Assembly: GCA_964442845.1 (NCBI GenBank) | Contig: CAYUAX010000027.1 | Location: forward strand, 1 to 24,000 | Length of the DNA stretch: 24,000 nt | DNA from: an uncultured Bifidobacteriaceae bacterium | GTDB lineage: Bacteria; Acidobacteriota; Vicinamibacteria; Vicinamibacterales; UBA2999 | Direction: 5' to 3' | In this document: positions 23,741-24,000 of the stretch, piece after piece | Numbering within the stretch: the stretch's first letter is position 1 | Layout of the letters: each line of letters starts with the position of its first letter | The notes under the pieces: generated by a model | Databases searched by the model: none | Told to the model about the DNA's origin: nothing | What the model saw: the letters and a program-made list of their open reading frames with translations, nothing else | Made by a program: the position numbers and the translations under genes

Positions 23741-24000
23741 GCGTCGCCTATCGCGCTGTCGGCTGGAATCCGCAGAAGCGCCGCTACGACGCCATCGTCC
23801 TGGCCGGCGTGCTCGGGCTGCTCGTCCTGCTGGTCGGCGGCGGCGCCCTCGTCCAGCCCGAGGCGACGATCGAGACCCTGCTGATCCGCGGGCTGGCGGT
23901 GACGGCGATCGTGCTGCTGCACGTCGTCCTGTCGATCGGCCCGCTGTGCCGGCTCGATCGCCGGCTGCTGCCGCTGCTCTACAACCGGCGCCATCTCGGC
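23737..24000 (+). CDS. Ferric-reductase-like / YedZ-like transmembrane domain protein, 5' partial (runs off window)
   Basis: Not in the ORF track because there is no stop inside the window. My translation is MSVAYRAVGWNPQKRRYDAIVLAGVLGLLVLLVGGGAL...LLIRGLAVTAIVLLHVVLSIGPLCRLDRRLLPLLYNRRHLG. The TM-His and NRRHLG pattern resembles ferric-reductase-type membrane domains. Confidence 0.45.
   Translation, partial: MSVAYRAVGWNPQKRRYDAIVLAGVLGLLVLLVGGGALVQPEATIETLLIRGLAVTAIVLLHVVLSIGPLCRLDRRLLPLLYNRRHLG

Overview
Very GC-rich bacterial chromosomal segment (roughly 70% GC by eye). As a result, all six frames carry long spurious ORFs, so I called genes from third-position GC bias, recognisable motifs, RBS/start context and start/stop coupling. 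I support about 27 protein genes. I found no rRNA, tRNA, CRISPR array, transposase or integrase.

Gene order:
- Tat-secreted glycosylasparaginase-type Ntn hydrolase, then a secreted NTF2-like protein.
- A solo VapB-type antitoxin with atypical codon usage.
- An NTF2-like lipoprotein, then yhbY.
- A minus-strand sugar-phosphate isomerase -> ampG operon.
- An orphan duplicated MacB/FtsX-type (ADOP-like) permease.
- A tandem NTF2-like secreted protein.
- An SGNH hydrolase with a polybasic N-terminal extension, convergent with a signal-less gingipain-like (clan CD) protease homolog plus a small ORF.
- A tightly coupled four-gene minus-strand operon: YHS-domain protein, DoxX, NRDE/TANGO2, DedA::ATP-grasp fusion.
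- A GH63-like glycosidase.
- An ECF sigma with an RsrA-like zinc anti-sigma.
- A frameshifted wHTH-TM-TolB-like-TPR regulator.
- A second, paralogous ECF sigma.
- Two SDR oxidoreductases.
- A coupled set of small membrane ORFs leading into a ferric-reductase-like membrane protein that is cut by the window end.

Gene content (ADOP permease, wHTH-TPR regulators, many ECF sigmas) is reminiscent of Acidobacteriota or Gemmatimonadota. That is only an impression.

Most interesting candidates:
1. The protease/small-ORF/SGNH convergent module.
2. The YHS-DoxX-NRDE-DedA::ATP-grasp operon.
3. A modular intergenic repeat family built from 14-bp GAGTC-N3-GACTC units, present at three sites.
4. The poly-G frameshift in the regulator.

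All functional calls rest on motif recognition from memory. No database search was possible.
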